Below are positions 1-15,539 of a stretch of 64,000 nucleotides of DNA, piece by piece. The notes under the pieces were generated by a model. It was not told the origin of the DNA and did no database searches. It saw only the letters and a list, made by a program, of their open reading frames with translations. Source of the DNA: the human T2T-CHM13v2.0 reference genome, Homo sapiens. Each line of letters starts with the position of its first letter. Position 1 is the stretch's first letter. The DNA lies in the NCBI RefSeq assembly GCF_009914755.1, contig NC_060925.1; one strand, given 5' to 3'. The position numbers were made by a program, and so were the translations under genes.

Positions 1-210
1 CTGGGGCTACACAGAGACTACCAAATTAGGCAAAGGATGTCACTGATACTTTTCTAGTAGTGAAATAAAATGCTCATATTTCTGTTTTAAAAAGAAAATA
101 TTGTTATCAACATTGTAGAGGAGAGACAATCCATGTGAGAGATGTTGAGCTTCTGACCCAACATAGTGGTTGTAGGGACAAATTATATGAGGTGGAGTAT
201 TTAAGAACTA

Positions 211-1356
<1,146 letters not shown>

Positions 1357-2145
1357 CTACAGATAGAACCTACAGGAGTTGATGATATGTAAGAGAAGTG
1401 ACAATTGTTTAAGATGACTTTTAATTTTCTAGCTTGAACAACCAATGCCATTATCCAAGATAGAGAAGACAGTAAAAAAGAAAGCATAGCTATGGAATAC
1501 CGTGATAGAGAGGATAGCATTATATATTGGAGAGTTTGAAGCAACTACATAACATAAAAATGAGCTTGTTCAGCCACATTTAGAAATATTTCCTGGATCT
1601 CAGGAGAATGGCAGGCTCTGGAAATATAGATCTAAATATCATCAACACATCAGTAACTAAGGCCACAGAAGTAGATGACATCATTCAAAAAAGAGCATAT
1701 CAAGTAAAAAAGGAGAAGAGAGCTATGCTGGATTCCCAGAGGTCATTTACCATAAAGGAGACTCTGGAGAAACTCTCAGGGGGATAGAAGAGAACAGGAA
1801 AATATGAAACAGCCAAGTGGCCAATGATGTTAACTGTCTCCAGATACATCAAGTAAAATAGAAATTGTAACTGACACACAGAGGGGCTATGCAAAACCCA
1901 AACCTCTAAACCAAGTGCCTTAGCTTCTTGTATTTACCCTATACACTGATCTAATGATTTTTAAGTTGTGCCTTGGAGTGTGCTAGAGCTAATTCTAATG
2001 GTTAGATGGATATCATTTTTCATTCCACAAATACTGAGCAACGTTTATCTACTAGGTACTATGTAAATAAAGTACTGTTTAAAGATTATGGCTTTAAAAA
2101 TAAATTATGAAACATTTCTGTTAACAATGAAGAAATCCATTCATC

Positions 2146-2240
2146 ATATATATATATTTATATATATATATTTATAGACATATATATTTTTATAGACATA
2201 TATTTATAGACATATATTTATATATATGTCTACATAAATG
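2146..2240. repeat. (TA)n-rich low-complexity microsatellite
   Basis: tatatatatttatagaca-type units. Confidence 0.85.
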
Positions 2241-2375
2241 TGTGTAAGAGATATCAGTAGGGCTGAAAACTACTGCCTTGTATAGAAATTCCAAATTATA
2301 AATCATGTTAATGAGGTTAAAATACCTTTGATTACAAAAAAAAAAAGTGGGTTAGGGGGAAGAAATGAAGAGGAA

Positions 2376-2676
2376 GCTGGGCAAAGTGGCTCATGCTTAC
2401 AATCCCAACTCTTTGGGAGCCAAGGGGGAAAGATCACTTCAGCCCAGGAGTTTGAGACCAGCATGGGCAATATAGTGAGACCCCCATCTATACAAAAAAT
2501 AAAAAATTAGCCAGGCATGGTGGCATGTGCTTATAGTCACAGCTACTCAGGGGACTAAGGTTGGAGGATCACTTGAGCCTGAGAGATTGAGGCTGCATTG
2601 AGCCATGACAGTGCCACTACACTTTAGCCTGGGTGACAGAATGAAACCCCGTCTGAAAACAAAACAAAACAAAAAA
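2376..2676 (+). mobile_element. AluJ
   Basis: Diverged dimeric Alu with J-type motifs (gcccaggagttt, ggaggatcacttgagcc) and an (AAAAC)n tail. Confidence 0.9.
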
Positions 2677-2890
2677 CGAAGGATATGCGCAAGAGACTTT
2701 CTATTCTTGGGAAAAGGAATTGGAAACCGGAGAAACTTAAATATTTTTCTTCAAATGCTCTGTATTGTTTGACTTGCTACAATTAGCATTCATTACTTAT
2801 AATTATAATTTAAAAACAACTACACAATAGAAAATTTCAGAAATTCACATTGCTTCATTAGCCTGTTTTTCCACCCTAGGAATTTACAGA

Positions 2891-2960
2891 TACACACACA
2901 CACACACACACACACACACTATATATATACACACATACATATATATAAACACATATATTC
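2891..2960. repeat. (CA)n/(TA)n microsatellite
   Basis: Direct read. Confidence 0.9.
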
Positions 2961-4519
2961 ACAACCCAGGAACTAGGGAACCCAAATCTAACACTTGACT
3001 TAAACAAAATTTCTGCTTGTTACTTTGAACTAAGTCCTCCAGATCAGAGATTTTTCAGAACTCCGTTTCTCAGGACAGCTGCAAACTAGAGTTTTGTAAA
3101 TTGACCTTGTGTGTATTATTATCTTCTGTCATAGAAAACATATGACTTCTGTGGCATTTTTAAATGACTAATCCAAAGTTATGAAATAAAATAGCTCTAA
3201 AGACGAATAAATACAGCTGTGTATTGATTCCGCACTTTTCCTATGACATTAACCTTCAAAAGGGTTTTCCCCATTTACCTTCAAACTGTAAAAACTGTGG
3301 AGTTCTTGTCTATCATTCAGCAGTAACATCTTGGTTACTGGGCTAATCTTAAAATCTTGTGGCTAGCTTTTGCAGTTGATTTCATAATTTAAATACATTC
3401 ATGTAAAACATCAGATGTGTAGATGGAGAGAATAGAAAAATAAAGTACTTAAAAATTAAATGGGTAATGACTGAAACACTTAGTAAAATATTGACTAAAT
3501 AATTAACTTTGTTACTGGTCACCCTGGTTAATCAAATACTTTGTAATACACAGCACTCTGTGTACAAAATAACATTGCTTTTACCCTAAAACAGGTCTCT
3601 CTGAGCAGTGTTTATATTCATGAACTGGAAAACAGGTGAAAAGATAATCCCCTACCAAATTCCCAGAAGTTCCCAAGGAATAGCTCTTATCTCTGTTACC
3701 CTTTAAGTTACTGACGAACGATGGAGAAATAAACAATAGTTTTAACTTGCAAATTTATCTCCAATGTTTTATTTATTCCCAAAGCCTCCAGTGGAGAAAA
3801 AGTATTTGCAGGGAAACCTCTGCAGTGAGAGAGATAAATGAGTTAAACGGAAATGAAATATGGACAAATATTCTGTTTCAAGAAAAAAGGAAATTAACTA
3901 TTCTGAGTAACTCAAGGTAGAAGAAACCATTCTGAACTATATTACTCAAAAAATATAAGATCTCTTATCAGCTTAGAAATGCTTCCTCTTATATTGCTCT
4001 GTTTTATGTCTCTTGATTTTCAGACCTAAATTACATTTATATCAAAAGATGAAGCTAACAGGCAAATTACATTCATATCAAAAGGTGAAGCTTACTTAGT
4101 TCCAAACTAAGTAAAGTGTTATTTCATGTTCCCAAAGTATTTCAAACAATAACAATAGATTTTGGCTTCATGGCTCCTAAAATTGAGGTCATATATTTGC
4201 AACACAGCTGTGTGGGACTGGGAACAAGAGGTGACTGAAGTTGGGGCATGGGTAAAGCAGACTCCGTCCTACTGACCCAGACTCCCCAGTGGCAGGGCTG
4301 TCACCCTGTGGCTAACCACAACCACCTCAAAAATTCCCTGCTGTTTTGTACAAAGCCTCTTATTATCTTGTCCTTACCTGAGTTTTAGTTTCTTCTCCCT
4401 CATATCTAAATCATAATTGACATTATAATTCCCACTCCCAGGTCTCACTCTCCATCTCCTTACACTGTACTCATACACTCACATTCTTTCCAGTTTCCTG
4501 AGAAAATTTGTTTTCCTCT

Positions 4520-6799
4520 TGTATTAGTCCACTTATGTGCTGCTGATAAAGACATACCTGAGTCTGGGAAGAAAAAGAGGTTTAATTGGACTTACAGTTT
4601 CACATGGCTAGGGGGGCCTCAGAATCACAATGGGAGGCAAAAGGCACTTCTTACATGGCAGTGGCAAGAGAAAATGAGGAAGGTACAAAAGCAGAAACCA
4701 CTGATAAACCCATCAGATCTCATGATACTTATTCACTACCATGAGAACAGCATGAGGGAAACCGCCCCATGGTTCAAATTTTCTCACCTGGTCCCTCCCA
4801 CAGAACACGGGAATTATGGGAGTACAATTAAAGATGAGATTTGGGTGGGGACAGAGCCAAACCATATCATTCCTCCCCTGGCCCCTCCAAATCTCATGTT
4901 CTCACATTTCAAAACCAATCATGCCTTCCCAACAGTTCCCCTAAGTCTTAACCCATTTCAGCATTAACCCAAAAGTCCACAGTCCAAAGTCTCATCTAAG
5001 ACAAGGCAAGCACCTTCAGCCTACAAGCCTGTAAAATCAAAAGCAAGCTAGTTACTTCCTAGATACAATGGGGATATAGGTATTGGGTAAATACAGCCAT
5101 TCCAAATGGGAGAAATTAGCAAAAACAAAGGGGTTTCAGGGCCCATGCAAGTCTGAAATCAGCAGGGCAGTCAAATTTTAAAGCTCCAAAATGATCTCCT
5201 TTGACTCTATGTCTCGCATCCAGGTCACCCTGATGCAAGAGGTGGGTTCCCATGGTCTTGGGCAGCTCTGCCCCTGTGGCTTTGCAGGGTACAGCCCCCC
5301 TTCTGGCTGCTGTCACAGGCTGGCATTGAATGTCTGCAGCTTTTCCAGGTGCACAGTCCAAGCTGTCAGTGGCTTTACCATTCTGGGGTCTGGAGGACGT
5401 CTGCCCTCTTCTCACAACTCCACTCGGCAGTGCCCCAGTAGGGACTCTGTGTGGGGGCTCAGACTCCACATTTCACTTCTGCACTGCCCTAACAAAGGCT
5501 CTCCATGAGGGTCCTGCCCCTGCAGCAAACTTTCTCCTGGGCATCCAGGCATTTCTATGTATCCTCTGAAATCTAGGTGGAGGTTCTCAAACCTCAATTC
5601 CTGACTTCTGTGCACCTGCAGGCTCAGCACCACGTGGAAGCTGCCAAGGTTTGGGGCTTGCACCAACTGAAACCATGGGCCAAGCTGTATGTTGGCCCCT
5701 TTTAGCAATGGCTGGAACAGCTTGGATGCAGAGCACCAAGTTCCTGGGCTGCCCACAGCATGGGAACCCTGACCCTGGTCCACAAAACTGTTTTTTCCTC
5801 CTAGGCTTCCTGGTCTGTGATGGGAGGGGCTGCCACAAAGACCTATGACATGCCCTGGGTACATTTTCCCCATTGTCTTGGGGATTAACATTCAGCTCCT
5901 TGCTACTTATACAAATTTCTGCAGCCAGCTTGAGTTTCTCCTCAAAAACTGGGTTTTTCTTTTCTACTGCATTGTCAGGCTACAACTTTTCTGAACTTTT
6001 ATGCTCTGTTTCCCTTTTAAAACAGAATGCTTTAAACAGCACCCAAGTCATGTCTTGAATGCTTTGCTGCTTAGAAATTTCTTCCACCAGATACCTTTAA
6101 TCATCTCTCTCAAGTTCAAAGTTCCACAAATCTCTAGGGCAGGGGAAAAATCCCACCAGTTTCTTTGCTAAAACATAACAAGGATCACCTTTACTGCGGT
6201 TCCCAACAAGTTCCTCATCTCCATCTGAGACCACATCAGCCAGGACCTTATCATTCATATCACTATCAGCATTTTTGTCAAAGCCATTCATCAAGTCTCT
6301 AGGTGGTTCCAAACTTTCCCACATTTTCCTGTCTTCTGAGCCCTCCAAACTGTTCCAACCTTTGCCTGTTACCCAGTTCCAAAGTCGCTTCCACATTTTT
6401 GGGTATCTTTTCAGCAATACCACACTCTACTGGTACCAATTTACTGTATTAGTCCATTTTCATGCTGCTGATAAAGACATATCTGAGACTGGGAAGAAAA
6501 AGAGGCTTAATTGGATTTACAGTGCTACATGGCTGAGGAGGCCTCAGAATCATGACAGGAGGTGAAATGTGCTTCTTACATGGTGGCGGCAAGAGAAAAT
6601 GAGGAAGATGAGAAAGCAAAAACCCCTGATAAAACCATCAGATCTTATGAGACTTATTCACTGCCAGGAGAGCAGTATGGGGGAAATTGCACCCATGATT
6701 TATATTATCTCCCACCTGGTCCCTCCCACAACACGTGGGAATTATGGGAGTACAAGTCAAGATGAGATTTGGGTGGGGACACAGAGCCAAACTATATCA
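4520..6799 (-). mobile_element. Full-length THE1 (THE1A-like) MaLR: LTRs 4520-4869 and 6445-6799, internal 4870-6444
   Basis: Two ~350-bp direct repeats TGTATTAG...TATCA around THE1-int; 5-bp TSD cctct/cctcc. Confidence 0.95.
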
Positions 6800-6839
6800 C
6801 CTCCCTCTTTCAACTATGCCCCCAATTCTCAGGGAAGCT

Positions 6840-7220
6840 TGCTGAATTCTACCCTTCCTCAAGACTTAGTTCAAATGTCTCCTCTGGAAAGACTTTCTAA
6901 ATTTCCCTTCTGTACACATATACACATAGAGATACAAAAACATACACACGAACACACACATACACACAACTGTAGACTGAAGGCAGAGTCAGGGGTTCTC
7001 TCAGTAACTATACTGAATTATATCAGTATCATATGTTATATTTTAATATTATATCTATTGTGTTATAATTATTTAATTATATACCTGTCTCTTCTATAAC
7101 TGGACCATGAGCTCCTAAAGGACAAAGCTGTGTCTTCTCTGTATCTTACTTATTTGTGTAAAGTAATACCTGGTATTTAGTAATGGCTTAATAATTGCTT
7201 GATTGAAGAGTGAATGATGT
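6840..7220 (+). mobile_element. L2 3' end fragment
   Basis: ccatgagctcctaaaggacaaagctgtgtc...taataattgcttgattgaagagtgaatga. Confidence 0.6.
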
Positions 7221-9685
7221 TACTATTCTTTAAGACTTATATCAGTTTCCCTTGCCTCTCTGAAGTCTTGCAGATTCATCTAAGACAGGAATAAACTCTG
7301 TCCTCTCTGAGTTCTCATAACACTTTATTTCTTGCTTGTGACTGACTGCTATCACTGAGTTTCCTAGATTTAATTCCATTTCCTCCACCCTATCATAAAA
7401 AGATCATAAAAAAGATCATACCTTCTTTTATTATCTTTTCCCTCAAAGTCACTGTGCTTTGTAAAAAGTAAGTTCTCCTTAATATTTGCCGATATCATTT
7501 AATATATTTCCCAAATATTTTCCCCAAATAAACATCATTAAACAATGCAAAGTTTTTATGCAGCACAGAGATGATCTCAGATTCATTTTTATTTGCCTAG
7601 GCTCAGCGCATAGGAGGTACCAAATAAACAGTTGCTGGGAACATGAAGGGAGAAAGTGACTACTTCAGAAGCAGAAGACCCTTTTCTTTGTTCATCTGTT
7701 GGCAACAATTTGTCCTCTGGCAAACACTGGGAGTGAAAGCGGTTATAATCACCTAGTTTTAATAGCTAGAGTCACTCTATACTTTTTCTTCCAATGCCTA
7801 GCTATCCTTAGAAATAATGACTTTGGAAGGGGTAATGGAAGTTTTTTTTAACTCAGAAATTGGAGAAACATTAACTTTTTAATTTACTACCCTGTCCCCC
7901 AAATGGTGACAGTACTGCCAGGCATTGGAAATAGGTGAGGCAGACTCTTTCATGGAAATTAATTGAAAAGTTGAAGTATGCTCTAAGTGCTGAAGTAAGT
8001 ATGCACATGGAAGAATAGGATGGCTCCTGTCCCTGAGAATAAAATCTTCAAATATCTCATTTTTCTCACAATTATAATAACAGCTCCATTTACTGGCAAT
8101 GTATATATGCCAGCCTTGTGCTAATCTCTTCACAATATATTCTTATTTAATTATCTTGACAATATTGTAAACCAAAAATTAGAAAACTAAACTCGTAATT
8201 ACCTGGAAAAGGGGACAAATTAGAGCACACACTAAACTACCCACAAAGCAAAATAATCTCAACCAACAACTCCAACCAAGACTTTGACAAGTCACCCAAC
8301 AACATTAGGCTACCGCATATTGTTCCTTTTTTTTCTTCACAGTCATGTGTCTCTGAGTATACACAGGAGTAATATGCATCATCACGAAGATGCCTCAGCG
8401 TAAATAAAACACATGTCTCAAAGTGACTGGCTCCCTTTCAGGAATTCAGCTACTTCTGCTAAGGAAATTTAGTTTGGCAACACTAGCTTATTTTAATCTT
8501 CTATATCCTCTGACTCTGTAGTTTCTCATTAACTCTGTGCTTGGGAAACTCAGTTTCTCACTGCATAGTTTCCATATCAGTGAAAGTGGCCTGTCCATCA
8601 CTAACATAGATTTAAAAATACTAAACTATAAATATGCTCATGGATCAACTGTGGGGAAAATTAGGATGTCTCCATTGATACATAAATACAGGCCACACAC
8701 ACAACATTACTTTCCAGAGATTTGCCTACCTCAATGTGAAGATATAAGTGAGTGTGATAGTTACATAAGATGATTTATCATTTCAATTATGAAAAGCATG
8801 CTTTCTAAAACACTGTCCAGATCACCTTCCCTGACAGAAGCAGCCATAACAACAGAAACAATAAAATTTCCACAAAAAACAGTTGGCCAAGTTTATTACA
8901 AGACATAATGTCAGCCGTCGAAATGATTGCTTCCTCAAATTGACCTTGTTTAACCTAGCAGTTCTAAACTTTCCCTTTTGGCCCTTCAAGGTAAATGTTG
9001 ATCACCAGCTCTAAACAGATCCATCTTGTACAAAGCATTGTTGAAGTTACATGTGGTTTATATTCTGGAGATAGAAAAAGAGAAATAAGTCCATAGTGAG
9101 CCCACCAAGATGCCTCGATCCTAAAGTCAAGTGCAAGAAAGTATCTACAGGATTTGAGGCAAAGAATCAAATCTGTGTTTGGGAAGAAGCACATTAAATT
9201 CAGAAATAATTCATAAGAGGTCATAGGAGCTATTTTCAGAAAGTTCTCATTGTCAATGACATCAGCAATGCTTTTTTCCTACACATTTATAATATACAAG
9301 AATCTAAATATTCTTTAACCTCCTCTAATTATCATCTAGTCAGTATTATTTAGACTAAGCAGAGGTATTTCTTCCTTCCTTCTGCCTACTCTTTCTTCTC
9401 AGTTTTTATTTATATACATAAATAGCAATAAATATATCAATATACTATCTGGCATGTTTTAGCCATGAATAGAAGCTGAGGTTGTGCCTTATTGGGAGAG
9501 TCTACCTAAATTGCTCTGATTTTCAATATTCTGCATGACAACTCAGTATGTAAGTTCACATTCCTTTTTGCAATATTTTGGTTTGCTTTTATTGTTTATT
9601 TTTGCTTTTACTTAACAAATATTTTACAAATAATTGGGATACTTTGAAAATACTTCTATTGAGACATTGTGTTGGTACTAAGGAT

Positions 9686-9722
<37 letters not shown>

Positions 9723-10153
9723 CTGCTTTCTGCCTTTTAAGCATTCAGAATGTGCATGCAAAGATATTCTCAGTGGTCTTGACAAGTACAGAGATCCATG
9801 GGATCAAAGATATTGGGATGGGTGGAGATTTCCAAGAAATTTGAAGGAGTCTTGGTAAAAGAGAGGACAGTAGAACTAGGTCTTAGATTTTACCAAGATG
9901 AAACGAATGGGAAGTAAGCTGGGAAAAGGGAATAGCAGGAAATTACAAAAATGCATGGTCTTTTCACAGGGAGTTAAAAAGTTCAGCATGGTTAGGACTA
10001 ACGCTGTGAGAGCACCAAGTTTTTGGAGAATGCACCAATACGTAACAAGTTTCTAGAAGTATGAAAAACGTCTAGTATGAGAAAAGGACATCACAAAAAT
10101 TCATGTGAAATAATACAAAGTGGATCTCAGAACTCTAGATAATATGAGCTCTA

Positions 10154-10303
10154 AACTGTGTTTTCAAAGTGTGGTCCTTGGATCAGCATCATTAACATCT
10201 GTTGGGAACTTGCTTGAGTGCAAACCCTTGGGCTCCGGGCTAGGATGAGACCAAGCACTGTGTGCTTTGCCAAGCCCTCTAGGTGATTTTAGTGCACACT
10301 ACA
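10154..10303. mobile_element. MER5-type hAT-Charlie DNA transposon fossil
   Basis: tttcaaagtgtggtcc...cagcatc...gggaacttg...caagccctctaggtgatt. Confidence 0.65.
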
Positions 10304-12552
10304 GCCATAGCTGCAGAGGTAGAAAGTGCACTTTCCAGGTATGAGTAATAGCACACACAAAAGTGTAGAGGCTGGTGTGAGAGTAGTAGTGGCATGCAGA
10401 GAGCAGGCACAGCAATGTTTTATTCATTAATTATTTCAGTTATTAATTCATCATTTAATGAAACAATTTTACTAACAAGTATAGAATGGGGATTTTAATC
10501 CTGTAGTACAATTCCAAAAAGTGTAAAGTCTGGATACTTTACATAGTGAAGAAAAAAAATGACTGTAAAGGGAAGATCAGACTGAGGATCTGACAGACAT
10601 TTTAAATTGCAATGGCCTACAAAATGGAAGAGGCTTTGTATGTTCTTCAATTGGACAGCAACATAAATAAAATAGGATTTTAGGAAGTTTGTGGTAAGAC
10701 TATGTAACACAAGAGAACAAAGGTGGCTTAGACAAATTTTAGGTGTTCTTCACTGTAAATTCATACTTCTCTGTAGTGGAATCTGTATTATTTGGAAGGT
10801 ATCAGGAAAGACCTCACTCCCCAAGTATATCTACTTTATCCTTAGCATAATGCTTAAAATTTCATTATTGCAGAGTCATTCTTTTGAGTTTTTTTCATCA
10901 GTTTCCTAGGAAAGTAAATACTGTATCAATTAAAATCCAGTAAAGAAGGAAATTGACAACTGGCTGAAAGCAATATTTCAGTAGGAGGGGAAGAGAATGA
11001 AGGGACAAGAGCAGAAAAACACAGCATCTAAAAGGGGAAGAAGTTCCTGCCCAAAATATATTTTTCCCAACTTGTACACTTGAATAGGGCTCCTTTGGCC
11101 CAAAACAAGGTTGGCGCCATTTAAAGACACGAGGAAATTAGGATCAGATCTAGAAATTTGTCTCAGAGTAAGATAGAGGGGAATGTTATGATTATAAGCA
11201 TAGTGAATTTTGGGTGAGGGAGGGATAACAGGTGGAAATTACTTATGGCAGTTGAAAATTTGGGATGAAAATTGCTGTAAGCTGATGTGGTTTTTATTTT
11301 GTGTTGCCAAACATGTTTATAATCCAGTGTTTTTGTAAAGCATTTAACATTCCCAATAAACCATTTAATGGACATCATTTATTTGGCGGGCACTAGGTGT
11401 GGGGTTAAATTGAATATGATGTCCAGCCAGCTGTTGGATGTGCAGGTGGGAGGTCTGAACAGGACAGAGACTTGGGAATCATCAGCATATGGACATAAAT
11501 TTAAGCCACATAATCCATAAAGTACACTATGCAAAGTGGACCAAGATGAATCCCTGAGAAAATCAAAAGGAATAGTTAGGTGAAGAAGATCCTGAGAATT
11601 TCGAATTTGGATGTACTTGAAACTGCCTTTTAGGTATCATTAGTCCCAAGGAAACTTGTGAGTTAGTCATTTGAAGTGGTCACTCTCACATAGAAAATCT
11701 ATTTACATAGTGCTGTGACTCTCTATATCCCTTTTAAAAACATACTGTTTCTTTATCATCTTACAACCATTTATTTAATGGTTAATTAAATATAAAACAT
11801 GAAAATAGAATACCCTTTTAAAGAAATAAAAGTTAATCATTGTTTATTATGTTTATGCATCATCTGAAGCAATTGTCTCATTTTGCTTTTAAGCATATTT
11901 CACTTTTATTAAAAAAAAAATAGAAAGGTGGTTTTATAGTTTGATTCCCACCAAATGGGTAAGAGTTAGTTCTTATTTAGAGTATTGGCCTTTATTTTGA
12001 GATGAAATATGACATTTTGGAGTCAAACTCAAATTGTATAACTGAAAGACTTTACAGTCCAAATTAAAAGATGTCTATTTTGAAATACTGTTTACACTCT
12101 CCTCTTTAAAGAACAGAGTGTGTGTTTTCGTGGGGGGTGGGAGGTGTCAATGTCAATTTTAGCAAAAGTCTTATTTTAAAAGCTTCATGCTATAGAAATA
12201 AAAATAGAAAATCAGAACTTAGAAGAGCATCAGAAGCTAATACATCAAATTCAGTGCCCAAGGGTCAATACCAAAACATCATACTTGAGCCTGAGTACCA
12301 GACTAGACAGGGAAAGTCAAATCACCATGGAGTTGTTCAGTACAATGAACTCAAATATAATTTGTAAGTTACCTTTACTAAAATTACAATGATTTATAAA
12401 ATGTACTATAATGGTTCTCACTGAAAAAGAATTTAAATATTTTGGAAAATACTCAATGATAATGCTGTGTCTTAAAAAAAAACATTTTCCATTTTCATTT
12501 CCTGAATTCATTAATATTATCTAAGAAATTTCAAATATTTTCAAACATCTGG

Positions 12553-14834
12553 TCTATTAGTCTGTTTTCAGGCTGCCGATAAAGACATACCTGAGACTGG
12601 GAAGAAAAGGTGGTCTAATTGGACTACGGTGGCACATGGCTGGGGAGGCTTCAGAATCATGGCAGGAGGTGAAAGGCACTTCTTACATGGTGGCGGCAAG
12701 AGAAAAATGAGGAAGAAACAAAAGTGGAAACCCCTGATAAACCCATCAGATCTCATGAGATTTATTCACTGTCACCAGAATAGCTCAGGAAAGACCAGCC
12801 CCCATGATTCAATTATCTCACATTAGGCTCCTTCCACAACAGGTGGGAATTCTGGGAGATACAAGTCTAGATTTGGGTAGGGACATGGCCAAACCATATG
12901 GAAAATTCCACGCCGGCCCCTCCAAATCTTATGTCCTCACGTTTCAAAACCAGTCATGCCTTCCCAACTGTCCCCCAAAGTCTTAACTCATTTCAGCATT
13001 AACCCAAAAGTCCACAATTGAAAGTCTCATCTGAGACAAGACAAATCCCTTCCCCCTGTGAGCCTGTAAAACCAAAGGCAACTAGTTACTTCCTAGATAC
13101 AATAGGGGTACAAGTATTAGATAAATACAGCCATTCCAAATGGGAGACATTGGCCAAAACAAAGGAGTTTCGGGAACCGTGCAAGTCCAAAATCCAGTGG
13201 GGCAGTCACATTTAAAAGCTCCAAAATGATCTCCTTTGTCTCCATGTCCCACATCCAGGTCAGGCTGACGCAAGAGGTAAGTTCCCATGGTCTTGGGCAG
13301 CTCCACTTCTGTGGCTTTACAGGGTACAGCCTCCCTCCCAGCTGCTTTCATGAGCTAGTGTTGAGTGTCTGCAGCTTTTCCAGGACCATGGTGCAAGCTG
13401 TCAGTGGATCTACAGTTCTGGGGTCTGGAGGAAGGTGGCCCTCTTCTTACAGCTCCACTAGGCAGTGCCCCAGTAGGGCCCCTGTGTGGGGGCTCTGACC
13501 CCACATTTCCCTTCTGCACTTCCCTAGTAGAGGTTCTCCATCAGGGCTCCGCCCCTGCAGCAAACTTTTGCCTGGGCATCCGGGATTTCTGTACATCCTC
13601 TGAAATCTAGGTGGAGGTTCCCAAACCTCAATTCTTGCCTTCTGTGCACCCACAGGCTCAACACCACATGGAAGCTGCCAAGGCTTAGGGCTTCCACCCT
13701 CTGAAGCCACAGACTGAGCTGTACATTGGCCCCTTTTATCCATAGCTGGAGTGGCTGGGACACAGGACACCAAGTCCCTAGGCTGCACACAACACAGGGA
13801 CTGTGGGCCCAGCTGATGAAATCAGTTTCCTCCTGGGCCTCTGGGCCTGTGATAGGAGGGGCTGCCATGAAGATCTCTCACATAGCCTGGAGACATTTTC
13901 TCCATTGTCTCGGGGATTAACATTCGGCTCCTTGCTACTTATGCAAATTTCTCTAGCTGGCTTGAATTTCTCTCCAGAAGATGGATTTTTCTTTTCTATC
14001 ACATAGTCAGGCTGCAAATTTTCCAAACTTTTAAGCTCTGCTTCTCTTATATAACTGAATGGCTTTTAACAGTATCCAAGTCACCTCTTGAATGCTTTGA
14101 TGCTTAGAAATTTCTTCTGCCAGATACCCTAAGTCAACTTTCTCAAGTTCAAAGTTTCACAAATCCCTAGGGCAGGGGCAAAATGCCACCAGTTTCTTTG
14201 CTAAAACATAACAAGAGTCACCTTTACTCCATTTCCCAACAACTTCCTCACCTCCACCTGAGACCACCTCAGCCTCGACCTTATTTTCCATATTGCTATC
14301 AGCATTTGGGGCAAAGCCATCCAACAAGTCTCTAGGAAGTTCCAAACTTTCCCACATTTTTCTGACTTCTTCTGAGTCCTCCAAACTGTTCCAATCTCCG
14401 CCTGTTACCTAGTTCCAAAGTTGCTTCCACATTTTCAAGTATCTTTTCATAAATGCCCCACTCTACTGGTACCGCTTTACTGTATTAGTCTGTTTTTATG
14501 CTGCTGATAAAGACATACCCGAGACTGGGAAGAAAAAGAGGTTTAATTTGACTTACAGTTCCACATGGCTGGGGAGGCCTTGGAATCATGGCAGGAGGTG
14601 GAAGACACTTCTTACATGGTGGCAGGAAGAGAAAAATGAGGAAGAAGCAAAAGCAGAAGCCACTGATAAACCCATCAGATCTTGTGAGACTTTTTTACCA
14701 TCATGAGAATAGCATGGGAAAAACTTGCCCCATGATTCAATTACCTCCCCCTGGGCCCCTCCCACAACACGTGGGAATTCTGGGAGATACAATTCAAGTT
14801 GATATTTGAGTGGGGACACAGACAAACCATATCA
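12553..14834 (-). mobile_element. Full-length THE1A-like MaLR: LTRs ~12553-12901 and 14481-14834
   Basis: Paired LTRs with THE1-int between them; TSD tctgg/cctgg. Confidence 0.95.
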
Positions 14835-15539
14835 CCTGGGTATTCCTTAGTTGTTTGTCATTTTCTTAACAGTCATGTTATAGGATCTTGCATTTGGGTC
14901 TTAGATTCATGTTTCTAACTCATGGTCACATGATCGTCTTTAATTTAGTAGTAACTATCTTGAGCCTATCCTACAAAATGAGCAGGTTAACAAAAATGTA
15001 AAGATAAATGATTCAGCATTTCCAGAAGGGAGCGAGTTATTTGCCAGCAAGATAGTTGGAAGAATAAAATTGGTTGCTTCTTGTTTTTTCAATATACTTG
15101 ATAGATACTTGCAACAGCATAGGGTTATTAATTAAATGTCTACTTCAATGACAGTGCATATCTAATGCAATACTCATATATAAAGAGTTGTCAAGTCTAA
15201 AAACTCCTCTAACTTGTAATGATTTTCTGTTTTATGAATATCTTTCTATAGAATTTGAAACTCTGAATTTTAAGGGGAAATTTTTGTGTTTTTTACCATT
15301 GAATACTTATAAAATGGCTAAACCACTGCTTTCATAATTTGGTAGTATCTAAACTCTTCTGTTTTGCCTAAGACCTTTTTTGTTTGGGCATAAAATGAAA
15401 ATTGGAAATCACCATTCTTATGTCATTATATAAATCTATGATTACTATAGTTGACCTCATCTCCATGTGATTCCAATTACATTTTGTCACTATTATAATA
15501 ACCATGAAATGTATTTTTTCAGCCCCTGAAAATATGTCT

